Part shown: piece after piece, positions 1-9,722 of the stretch
Position numbering within the stretch: position 1 is the stretch's first letter
Layout of the letters: each line of letters starts with the position of its first letter
From: Barthelona sp. PAP020
Taxonomy: Eukaryota
Direction of reading: 5' to 3'
Assembly (NCBI GenBank): GCA_040182905.1
Contig: JARQWU010000006.1
Coordinates: 1 to 52,243 of the forward strand
DNA: 52,243 nt
Made by a program: the position numbers and the translations under genes
Notes under the pieces: generated by a model
Told to the model about the DNA's origin: nothing
Database searches by the model: none
What the model saw: the letters and a program-made list of their open reading frames with translations, nothing else

Positions 1-155
1 TTGCAAAAGCAAAATTTTAAAGTTTAAACTTTACCTTAGAAAATCTAAAGTTTTTCAACAGATCAATCGGGCCTCGAAAGCCTTTAACCAAATAAACACA
101 ATTCTTTTTTATTCACTCATACGCACAGTGCACAGTGCTTCTTGGCTTGGAAATA
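1..155 (+). mobile_element. Right end (partial A + complete B repeat) of the split-direct-repeat element family, cut by the window edge
   Basis: Near-identical to 34185-34332. B starts at 69 (gggcctcg), carries a 7-nt duplication (gcacagt x2) and ends ggaaata at 155, followed by ATA. Confidence 0.9.
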
Positions 156-548
156 ATACTCATGCAGCTTGTTTCCACATTAGACTACTGTCACGAATGC
201 GGTTTCACTCATGATGTGAAGCCCAAGAACTTTCTTTTGAGGAATTTAGACGGAAAGGTCATTTCTGCTTTGAGCGATTTTAGGACAGTGAAAGATGAAA
301 ACAGTTTGTTGAGGGTTGGCATGAGCAACGCTATTCCATATCTAGCTCCTGAGAATCTTATTTGGGAAAATAGGAACAAGATAAATCGAAAGGCTGTTGA
401 TGTGTGGGCGTTTGCTGTGGTGATGCTTTATGTGATAACAGGCGTTTGTCCTTGGAATGGTATTGATGATGATGAATTGTACAGAAATTTGGTAGAGGGA
501 AAACTGCCCTACTCTGACGAGATGATTTGTTCAGAAGATGTTTATTGA
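156..548 (+). pseudogene. Ser/Thr protein kinase C-lobe fragment, probably pseudogenised and interrupted by the element
   Basis: Subdomains VIa-IX are visible: ILMQLVSTLDYCH, THDVKPKN (HRD Arg missing), DFR in place of DFG, YLAPE, DVWAFAVV. The ORF-track N-terminus MLLGLEI is repeat sequence. No subdomain XI. Confidence 0.7.
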
Positions 549-1650
549 TACTTTCTCTAGAAATGGCCATATTGAGGAAGAAGTTGCATTTGATGTGATT
601 GACCTTTATATCAAGCATAACATGGATCAAATAGTTGTTCTTGATGCATTTGATGTGGATGGATTTGAAGATAATGGTCGGCCAAAGAAGATATATTATG
701 CAGCATGTGATGGTAACCTTGAGGTTGTTAAGCAGTGTATCAAAGCTGGCATTGATGTGAACAAGCAGGGCAAAAAAGGAAGGACATCGCTTTGGGGAAC
801 TGCTTTAAATGGACATATTGAAGTTGTTGAGTTTTTGTTGGATTTTGGCGCTGATGTCAATTTGTGCATGAATGATGGTAGTTCGCCATTGTACATCAGT
901 TGTCAAAATGGTCATCTTGATGTTGCCAAAATGCTCTTAGATCATGGCGCTGATGTTAATTTGTGTAGGGATGATGAATTTTTTCCATTGTATGTCAGTT
1001 GTCAAAATGGTCATCTTGATGTTGCCAAAATTCTCTTGGAGGATCATAGAGTTGATGTTAATTTGTGTATGAATTATGGTCTCTCTCCATTGCATATTAG
1101 TTGTTATCAAGGTCATTTTGATGTTGCCAAAATGCTCTTAGAAGATCATAGAGTTGATATTAATCAATGTGATATAGATAGTAGGTCTCCATTGTATAGC
1201 AGTTGTTATAAAGGTCATCTTGATATTGCCAAGATGCTTCTAGATTGTCCCGAAATAAACTTATATGGTGAAGATATGCTGTTATTTTTCAATATATTGT
1301 ATACAAGTGATGAACAATGGAAAAAAAACAAAAACAGCATTTTGAGCTGTCCCAATTTAAGACAACAATTGAAGAGTGGCGAACCTGTTGATTTGAAATT
1401 TGAGCATTTGTCCAAATCCGAGTTAATTGAATTGGTGAAGGATAAGGGCTATCTTCTATCAACACTTGTTGAAATGAAGGCAGACAGTATCATCATCCGA
1501 GAATTTGTCAGTGCTGGAGTCTACATGAATCAAAGAGATTTTGATATGTCAATCGACTATTGTTGGGATTTGATTGACATCAATGAAAGGAATGGTGGTA
1601 ATATGCGTCAGTATATTGATGAAGAGATGGAAGATGATGACAGTGATTAG
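538..1650 (+). CDS. Ankyrin-repeat protein (about 6 repeats) with a family-specific C-terminal domain and acidic tail
   Basis: Repeats of the form SPLYISCQNGHLDVAKMLLDHGADVN. C-terminus CWDLIDINERNGGNMRQYID is shared with 44101-47109. Overlaps the kinase fragment out of frame, so the true start is uncertain. Confidence 0.8.
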   Translation: MFIDTFSRNGHIEEEVAFDVIDLYIKHNMDQIVVLDAFDVDGFEDNGRPKKIYYAACDGNLEVVKQCIKAGIDVNKQGKKGRTSLWGTALNGHIEVVEFLLDFGADVNLCMNDGSSPLYISCQNGHLDVAKMLLDHGADVNLCRDDEFFPLYVSCQNGHLDVAKILLEDHRVDVNLCMNYGLSPLHISCYQGHFDVAKMLLEDHRVDINQCDIDSRSPLYSSCYKGHLDIAKMLLDCPEINLYGEDMLLFFNILYTSDEQWKKNKNSILSCPNLRQQLKSGEPVDLKFEHLSKSELIELVKDKGYLLSTLVEMKADSIIIREFVSAGVYMNQRDFDMSIDYCWDLIDINERNGGNMRQYIDEEMEDDDSD

Positions 1651-2099
1651 ATTGATGATGATGATTAGTAAGTGGGTTTGTGTTGTTACATGTTTATTCC
1701 ATTCATGTTTTGTGGATATTTTTTCTTCACATATAGATCATAGTTTTTCTTTTTTTGATATAATCTCTGAGAAAGGTTTTTAACTAACTGAATGATTTGA
1801 AGAGAGCTTGGAATGTTTCATTTGGGGAGCTTTAACTTCACATTGAACTTCCTCTTTCATTTACAATAGAACTCAGATTCTTTGTCTAAGAAACAGAAAA
1901 TACCTTGTTGGACAATTCTTTATAAAAGCAAAAGAACAATTGCTGTGTTGTATTGTGTTGTAGCTGTTAAAGAATTCATCATGAAATTTTCATTGTGCTA
2001 TTTAATAATGAAGGTAATTTGCTACAAATTTCTCTTAGAGTGATCAAAACCAATATTTCTATGTTAATCTCTTCAGTTTTAATTTTCAAAATAGTAAGT

Positions 2100-2250
2100 A
2101 AGAACATTAAAATTATACTTTTGTTGCATGCAAAGAACAGGGACAAGAAAATTTCACCAAATTTTCCTACTTGATCGTCGAAGTTACATTTCAGTCCTTT
2201 AATTCTCCGCTTTGGTTTTGACTAAAATTCATTGAAGTGAGTTTTTGGAT
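2100..2250 (-). repeat. Older, diverged fragment of repeat A of the same element family
   Basis: 2147-2230 (gaaaatttcaccaaattttcctacttgatcg...acatttcagtcc...ttttgactaaaat) aligns with 2435-2518. Boundaries are approximate. Confidence 0.65.
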
Positions 2251-2265
2251 CAATATTTTTGCAAT

Positions 2266-2583
2266 TATTTCCAAGCCAAGAAGCACTGTGCGTATGAGTA
2301 AACAAAAAAGAATGGGTTTATTCGGTTAAAGGCTTTTGAGGCCCGACTGATCTGCTGAAAAACTTTAGATTTTCTAAGGTAAAGTTTAAACTTTAAAATT
2401 TTCCTTTTGCAAAAATACAAATAAATAGGAATGAAGAAGTTCTCCGAAATTCTCCTGCTTGATCGTTCCAAATACATTTCAGTCCCTCAATTCCCCTCCT
2501 GGGATTTTGACTGAAATTTGCTAGTATGTGTTTTCTGAGTTTACTTTCTGTGTAAATAAATATAGTTGTTTCAGAACTGGACC
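2266..2583 (-). mobile_element. Solo A+B copy (318 bp) of the split-direct-repeat element
   Basis: Reverse complement of 34015-34332 with about 24 differences by manual alignment (~92% identity). Same two termini (ggtccag / ggaaata). Flanks in element orientation are TTT and ATT. Confidence 0.9.
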
Positions 2584-2630
2584 AAAAATTCTCAAAAAGT
2601 CATTTTTGTCTTGCAAAAATACTTTTGAAT

Positions 2631-2714
2631 AATGTCGCTGATATTAATTTGTGTAGGAATAATGAGATTTCCATATTGTATATCAGTTGTCAACAATGTC
2701 ATCTTGACATATAA
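2631..2714 (+). pseudogene. Isolated degenerate ankyrin repeat unit related to 538-1650
   Basis: Translates NVADINLCRNNEISILYISCQQCHLDI*, and the DNA resembles 946-1023. Confidence 0.6.
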
Positions 2715-2829
2715 TTCTATGATGAAAGTTATTAAATCATTGAACACTCTTTTGTTTTAAAAGATAATATTTGTTTCTTTGGACATATTCTCTATATTTC
2801 GTTTACAAAAATATCAGACCTGAGTCTGC

Positions 2830-2900
2830 GCGCCTGTAGTATAATGGTAGAACACCTCGTTGTGGCCGAGGAGGCGCTGGTTCGGTTCCAGCCTGGCGCA
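2830..2900 (+). tRNA. tRNA-His (GTG)
   Basis: Acceptor stem GCGCCTG/CTGGCGC (one T-T mismatch). Anticodon arm CCTCG-TTGTGGC-CGAGG, T arm GCTGG-TTCGGTT-CCAGC, discriminator A, T5 run just downstream. Confidence 0.9.
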
Positions 2901-2969
2901 AGTTTTTAATTTCATAACGTTAGGTAACAGGATCGGGTCTGGGGTTTTGAATTTCAACAATTCACATTA

Positions 2970-3030
2970 GACGAAAGGGTCAAAATTAAAGGCTTTTCAC
3001 TTTGGACGAAAGGGCAAAATTAAAGACTTT
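2970..3030. repeat. Two imperfect direct copies of gacgaaaggg(t)caaaattaaag(g/a)cttt
   Basis: Copies at 2970-2996 and 3005-3030. Confidence 0.7.
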
Positions 3031-3621
3031 AATTTATATTTACTAACTGGGGTTGGGGAAATTACTCCATAGTATCTTGGCTGTTTTGGTCAACCGATTC
3101 AGAATTCATAAGACAATAATAATAAATGCTTATAAAGACCTTTATTGTTCTCTGTTAGAGTTTGGGGGTACTTGCATTGCAACTGAGTCATTTTGTGTGG
3201 ATGGTTCAGAACACTCTTAAAATAAAGAAGAAATACTGTAGGTATGGGGCGATTATTTAAATAAAAGAGTGAAATTTTTTTTTCTCTCCAATCAAATTTT
3301 AGATTGTCTTTGTAAGGGTTTCCTCCTTGATAAAACCTTGTAATTCATTACTAATCTACAATATACACTTGTGTCCTTTTAATTATGAATCATTTGATTC
3401 TGTTGATGTTTTACTTCCAATTTAAATATCTTTCAAAATCAGAAATTGCAAAGAAACCTTAAACACATTTATATTGTCTTTTATATGCAATCTAATACTA
3501 TCTTCATTCGACCTTTTCAATTTTGATATTGTGTGAAACAAGAAACATAAAAATCAATTGTAATTACATTTATATAATCTTTGCAATGAAATTCACTCTT
3601 TTCATTAATACTTTATGAAAG

Positions 3622-4699
3622 CTATTCCAAGTTGGGTAATATGTCAAAATTATCAGATAAATTTGTTGTTTTTGGTTTTGAAGGATTTGGGCTGCTGATT
3701 ATCGTTTTCAATTTTGGAGAAAATTGAAAAGAATTTTGTTGTATTTTTGGAGAAACAAATGCAGTCAGATTGTAATTGTTAGTATCCCTCATAATGTTAT
3801 TGTTACTTGATTGTGCTTCATCTAAGTCTTCATCTTCACTACTATTTTGAGCAACATACCCAGAAGGAATCTCAGATTCATACACAGAAGTATCTGATGG
3901 GTTTGGAACAACTAAATTAGATTCATCATCTTGATTAGACTCTGAAAAATTACTTTCTTCATTCAATTCTATTTTCAAAGTTTCTTCATTTATTGATGAT
4001 ATATTGCCAGGTCTTTCACATGTTTTATTATCAAAAATTTGAGGTGTTGAAGTCGTGATTATTTCATCTGTTGAATTCATATGATCTTTTGAGTTTAAAA
4101 TATCTTCTTCAACTATTTCAAATCTATTCTCATCAAATTTATCTTTATTTTGAATATTTTCATCAAAATTTGACTCAAAGTCAAGTTTTAAGTCGTCATT
4201 TACTTCTGTAACTGTTGTTTGAGTGTTAAAATTAACATTTGAACGATATTTGAGTGATGATAAAACAACAGACACTTCATAAGCAACCTTGGCAATTCTT
4301 TGTCTCTCAATAACAACTTTTTTTTGTAACAAAATGTTTAAATATGATAATTGTTGTTCATCTTTTAACATACGAGAAAATTGATATCCTTTTTGAGCAA
4401 TCCACATCAAGTAAGGCTCTAAACTGGGATCAATTCCCAAATATTCTGCATATTGTATGATAAAATGATCAATTCTCGTCAATTCTTGAATATCCAACAT
4501 TTTATCTAGTTCTTCCAAAGTAAAATCAATGTTTATTGACGACAAATGAGTCTTTAGGTCATCAGAAGAAATTTCTGGTTGAATATCAAAATCAAAATCT
4601 ATTTGAGGTTGTGTTTGAATTTCAATACTTTTCTTTGTTTCTTCATTTTTTGAATCTGGTTTTGGTGGTTCAAAATCAATAACATCTTCTACATTTATC

Positions 4700-4739
<40 letters not shown>

Positions 4740-5838
4740 ATTCTTCTTCTTCTTCTTCTTCCAAATTACTTTCTTCAACATATTCATCATAATCTTGTTC
4801 AATTAATCTTATTTCTTCTTCTTCTTCTTCTTCTTGTTCTTCCTCATAATCATCTTTGGTTCCAAACTCAAAAGCTTGGTCTGAATCAATATTTTCAAAC
4901 AAATCAAATTCTTCCGTCAAATACTCTTTACTAACGAGTGCAATTGACTTTTCTAATTCTAATTTTTCACTCTTGATGAATCGAATGTTTGGAATTCCAA
5001 TGTTTGAATTGATTTGACTTTGAAACTGAATGAACAATCTTTTTGACGGTGGAATAATAAATTTTTCATGGAAAAAAGCAAACTTTTTTAAAAACTTTCG
5101 AATTGTTCCAGATTTTTTTTGATCTTGAATACCGCCATTGATGATGTCATCAAGATTGTAATTTGTTAAAAAAAGTTCAGCTTTAATGAGATCATCTTCG
5201 GTGATGTCATCATCTTCAAATTCTTCATTTTCCAAAATTTTAATGTTGATTGGATTTAATTCAAACCATTCCAATCCATTCTTCTGCAAAAAGTCAGGCT
5301 GTTTAAGAATGTTATAATTTTCACCATAACAATAAGAAATAGGGAGCGAAAACTCATTTTTAGCAGAAAAATAAAGTTTTAAAGGAACAATAAATTTCAT
5401 TGATAAATATTTCACATCTTTTTCAACATCAAAAAAAACTGAAACCTTATTCCCATGATTAGTCCAAAATACAGTTGATATATCAAAATTATTCAGTGCT
5501 GAATCAAAACCTTGCCCAGTTTGTTCAATAATCTTGACAGTGGGATTTAAAATGTGTTCAAAATGACTATTATCATATAAGATCGAATATAAATCTTTGA
5601 ATTCTTTGCAATATATATTTTGTTTTTGTTGTACACTGTTGATTAAAGATTCAATGTATTCAATTTGGTCAGATGAAAAAGTATCAATATCAGCTGACTT
5701 TAAAATCATTTCATTTGCAGCTTTTATTGTTCGTTTCAATATTTCATTGATGGTATTGTAATTTCTTTTTGGAATATCATTATCAGAATTTAATTCAATT
5801 AAATCAATGGATTTAGTTCTACTTTTTCTTTCAAACAT
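3622..5838 (-). CDS. Acidic hypothetical protein with an internal CEP164 N-terminal-like motif
   Basis: 738-aa ORF with poly-E/poly-D tracts encoded by GAA/GAT runs (~4699-4840). YAEYLGIDPSLEPYLMWIAQKG resembles the CEP164 motif that precedes the WW domain. Confidence 0.7.
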
Positions 5839-6029
5839 TAAATTATAAAAATATTTTTGTGTGTTTAAAGTGAAAGATTATGAAAAAAATACTTCTTTTG
5901 TAATTCTGATAAAGACTCAATGATTTATCATTAAAGAAATTTTTTGAATCTTTTGCATACAAAAAGAAACTATATTAATAAAAATTATAGATTTACATAT
6001 AAAAAAGAAGATAGTTCCAAATTAAATGA

Positions 6030-7179
6030 TCAACGAGCAGATTGACCGAAGGCAGAAAAGAAATCATCAGAAACGGTTGTGTCCCTGGTTAATTTAACAT
6101 CTCTTTCCTCATTTGAAAGTTCAAAATTGGCGTTTGCAAATTCCATGACCTTGTCCTTTTTGTATTGGTCAATTTCTTGTTGATTATGCATCATTGATCT
6201 GGCCATATTTTTGTAATTAGCATTGTACATTTCCTCCTCCCTCTTTTTGAGCTCTTCCATTTCCTTCTTTAACTTAATTTGTTCTTCTCTTTCAAGTAGA
6301 ATCTTTTTTTGCTGCTCAGGAGTCAATCCTTTGTAATTGTAGGGAACAATGCGGGTTGGGTCGACAGCTATTGAGTCATTTAAATTTTCGACCATCAAAT
6401 TGCTATTTGAGAAGGTTTTGATGTGACTCTCTGTTAATTCCTTTTCTTCCTCAATTTTCCTCTTCTCCTTCAATTTCTTCTCCTCAGCAAGTCTTAGATT
6501 TATTTGGTCCAGTTCACTCAATCTGTCCATTTTGATTTTTTCATGTTCTTCGGTGAGGGCATTCATTCTTTCGGACATTCTCAACAAATGGGTTTCAAAA
6601 GCTTTGTCTTGTTGATTTGAAAAAGCATTTTGCGCTTTTTTGATTTCGACTTGCTCTTCCCACCAAGCTTGACATTGCTCAAGCTGTTTTGCAATACGCT
6701 CCAATCGAGAATCATCTTCACCATCAAATAGCCTTGCACTTCCAGCCATTTCAGCCATTTCTTCGGGTTTCGAAGTGTCAAAATCTTTTCTGTTCAAATC
6801 GTACTCTTTGCGGTCTTCAAAACGTTGATGCTTCTCGCGATATTCATTCAAACGCAAATCTGTAATTTGTCGCTCCTCCTCAAACATCTGAGAGACCATT
6901 TCCATCTTGCGTGCAGCCTCAATCAACATTTGATCATACATTTTGTCTTCTTGTTTTTCCATTTCTGCACGCTTCTTCTTCTCTTCAATTTGCTGTTGGA
7001 CAACATCTACATCAACCTACGCAGTTAGTTTTTAGGTTTCAGAATAAAAATACTCCAATTTGTCTTTGATAAGGATTCAAAATTCTGTCGCGACGTTGCT
7101 TGTTGAATTCTCTACGTCTTTCAATTTCGGCTTGTTTCTTGAGTTCTGCTTGTTGAGCAAAGGAGAATATGTCGGTCAT
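6030..7179 (-). CDS. RIB43A: RIB43A-family axonemal microtubule inner protein; two exons (7179-7054, 7016-6030)
   Basis: Spliced N-terminus MTDIFSFAQQAELKKQAEIERRREFNKQRRDRILNPYQRQIG|VDVDVVQQQIEEKK. Family motifs FDGED, YKGLTPEQ and terminal FFSAFGQSAR. Confidence 0.9.
7017..7053 (-). other. Spliceosomal intron, 37 nt
   Basis: GTATTTTTATTCTGAAACCTAAAAACTAACTGCGTAG. Removal joins IG|VD in frame. Confidence 0.9.
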
Positions 7180-7233
7180 TTCAAAAGAAAAATTTTCAAT
7201 TGGGGTCTTTCAACATTCTTTTTTTGATCCAAA

Positions 7234-9651
7234 ATGAATTTGAATTCAAGTCTGACTGGGCTAATTTCGAGGATTCGCTCATACGATGGAAATTTACAGG
7301 AGTATTTAAACACTGTACTGTCTGATATTCGTCAGGAGTTGAAAGGTGATTTAAGAAGTAAAACTGACGCCATTGCAAAGCTCACGTATTTGCAAATGTA
7401 TGGTTATGATATGGATTGGGCTGCTTTTGATGTCTTAGAGGTTGCTGCCTCCAGTAGCTTTTCAAACAAGCGTCTTGGTTATTTTGGCATGAGTACGTCG
7501 TATAACGTGGGAACTGATGCTTTGATAATGACTCCTTCTCAATTTAAAAAGGATTTTACCAATCCATCACTCAAGAATCATTCTGTTGCACTGAGTTCTT
7601 TGGCCATCATTGCAAACGATAGCGTTGCCTCGTACTTGCTTGAAGACATCATTGCCCAAGTGCGATCTGCACCAGTTCCCATTCGCCGAAAGGCAATTTT
7701 GACGCTGTATCGTCTTTTGTTGCAATACCCCACCGGTTTATCAACAGCTTTTCCTGCTATTCAGGAGGCCCTTGAACACGAAGATTGTTCCGTTGTTATG
7801 TGTGCTGTGAACGTTATTGCTGAGTTGGTTCAATACAGCCCTGCAAATTACATATCGACTGTTCCTACGCTTTACCGATTGTTGACCGATCCATCAAACC
7901 ACGAAAAGCCCCACATGCTAATCAAGATTCTCAAGATTTTCAAATACATGTTGTCTGTAGAGCCTCGTTTGAAAAAAAAATTGGTTTCTCCATTGATGGA
8001 GCTTTTTTCAGCACCTTTACCTCCAAAGGTCATTTTGGAGGCTGTTAGTGTTGTGGTTGTCGGCATTACTTCATCCAGAACATTGCTTCAAGAATCTTTA
8101 TCCCAGCTACAAAAGTATCTCGAGGGCGATGGCGTTGAAGAAAATGACCATGCAAATCTTCAAGTTATTTGTCTTGATATTTTGGGCGAGCTGGTTCAAG
8201 TCAAGCGTTCGGCTGTTTCACCACATCGCGAGCTTGTTCTTGAATGCCTCCGCTCCGATGACATGCTACTGCGAATGAAGGCCTTGAAAATTATGTCGAA
8301 TCTTGTGTCAAAGAAGAATTGCAAGGATATTGTCATGCGTTTCGTTGATTTGTTGGATGTGGATGCTAATAGTGGCAGTGCTGATCTGAGATCTTCGTTC
8401 ACAACTACTTTGGTTGCAACTATCATCCGCATTCTTACCGAGGAAAATTATGCGAACGTCGATGACTTCTCATGGTTTATCGAGATAATTTTTCATCTCT
8501 GTACCCTTGAGTGCTTCATCCCATTCGATCTCCTTGCTGATACGTTGATTACGACTTCTTTGCGCATTCCATCTTTACGCAACGCCATTGTCATGATATG
8601 TTTGGACATCCTTGACTTTTACATTGCACGCCCTGGTCGTGGCGAGGAACTTGTCAAGGTAGCAAGTTTCATCATCGGTGAATATGCAACAGTTGATTCA
8701 GAAATCATCTCTTTTGACCAGGTCTTCAAGAGTCTTTGCAAGACTATTGAAAAGATGCTTATTTTCTCCCCATTGGTTCAGGCCACACTTGTTCAGGCAT
8801 GGTTTAAGTTGCATGTTCGTCGCCCTGTTTTTGAAAGATCTGATGCTTTTCACCTTTTGAAGAACTACGCCCAATCCACGGATAATGAGGTTCAAGATCG
8901 TGTGTGTGCAGTTTTGCAGCTGATCCCCATGGCCGATCAATTGTCTGGTCTTTTCGAACCTTCCTTAAAGCCAGTAAAAGCCTCCGCTCAATTGAAAGTG
9001 AAGGTTCCTGATGACTTGGATTTGGACTCTTTCATTACAGAAGAAGGTGAGGCTCTTTCTTATGAAGCATTGCCTCATGAATGTGTCGTTTCTTTGTCCA
9101 AAGAGGAACCAACCAGAAGAAAGCCTCGTCATGATTTGCCTGATTGGGAGGATGACGAAGCAGATAAGAAGGCACACAAGAAGAAGCATAGAAGAAGAAA
9201 ACACCACAGCAGCAAACATTCTGAGGTTGAAGACGCTCCTGCTGAAGTCACCAAATCAATTGAAAAACCAGAGAAGGAACCTGTTGTCAAGGAAGCCCCA
9301 AAGAAAAAAGTCAAGGCAAAAGTTGCTTTACATCAATCCGAAAGACTCAAAGGATTGTCCATGAAGATGAACGTCACTGAACCCATGGTTTTGGACGTCG
9401 AGGAGGAAGAAAATGATGAAGCCATTGATGAAACCATCCCTGTTGAAAAGAAGGGAAAACTTACTTTGGGCGACGTCGTTTTGAACGATGAGGATCTCAT
9501 TGATTTCAATCAACAAAAATACGCATCTGGAAAAGTTCAGGGCCAATTGAGTACCTCAAAGACTGAAGAAAAAGTTAAAGTCAAGTCATCAAGTGGCAAG
9601 AAGAAAAAGTCTGGCAAGAAAAGACACAAAAAACCCAAAGATGAAGCTTGA
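7234..9651 (+). CDS. AP3D1: AP-3 adaptor complex subunit delta
   Basis: Adaptin N-terminal trunk with delta signatures KLTYLQMYGYDMDWAAFDVLEV, EPRLKKKL and AQLKVKVPDDLDLDSFI. Lys-rich tail, no obvious ear domain. Confidence 0.95.
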   Translation: MNLNSSLTGLISRIRSYDGNLQEYLNTVLSDIRQELKGDLRSKTDAIAKLTYLQMYGYDMDWAAFDVLEVAASSSFSNKRLGYFGMSTSYNVGTDALIMTPSQFKKDFTNPSLKNHSVALSSLAIIANDSVASYLLEDIIAQVRSAPVPIRRKAILTLYRLLLQYPTGLSTAFPAIQEALEHEDCSVVMCAVNVIAELVQYSPANYISTVPTLYRLLTDPSNHEKPHMLIKILKIFKYMLSVEPRLKKKLVSPLMELFSAPLPPKVILEAVSVVVVGITSSRTLLQESLSQLQKYLEGDGVEENDHANLQVICLDILGELVQVKRSAVSPHRELVLECLRSDDMLLRMKALKIMSNLVSKKNCKDIVMRFVDLLDVDANSGSADLRSSFTTTLVATIIRILTEENYANVDDFSWFIEIIFHLCTLECFIPFDLLADTLITTSLRIPSLRNAIVMICLDILDFYIARPGRGEELVKVASFIIGEYATVDSEIISFDQVFKSLCKTIEKMLIFSPLVQATLVQAWFKLHVRRPVFERSDAFHLLKNYAQSTDNEVQDRVCAVLQLIPMADQLSGLFEPSLKPVKASAQLKVKVPDDLDLDSFITEEGEALSYEALPHECVVSLSKEEPTRRKPRHDLPDWEDDEADKKAHKKKHRRRKHHSSKHSEVEDAPAEVTKSIEKPEKEPVVKEAPKKKVKAKVALHQSERLKGLSMKMNVTEPMVLDVEEEENDEAIDETIPVEKKGKLTLGDVVLNDEDLIDFNQQKYASGKVQGQLSTSKTEEKVKVKSSSGKKKKSGKKRHKKPKDEA

Positions 9652-9722
9652 GTCCTCATGCAATTTTGTAAACAACAGTGAATTTCTTTTTTCCTCTTTA
9701 ACCGTGAATGTGACATTTTTTG

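Noticed and set aside
850..1245. Regular ~100-bp DNA repeats resembling an array
   Set aside because: They are ankyrin-coding repeats, with no repeat-spacer structure.
3040..3600. Possible gene remnant between the tRNA and 3622
   Set aside because: Only short open stretches, with no recognisable motif or convincing splice signals.
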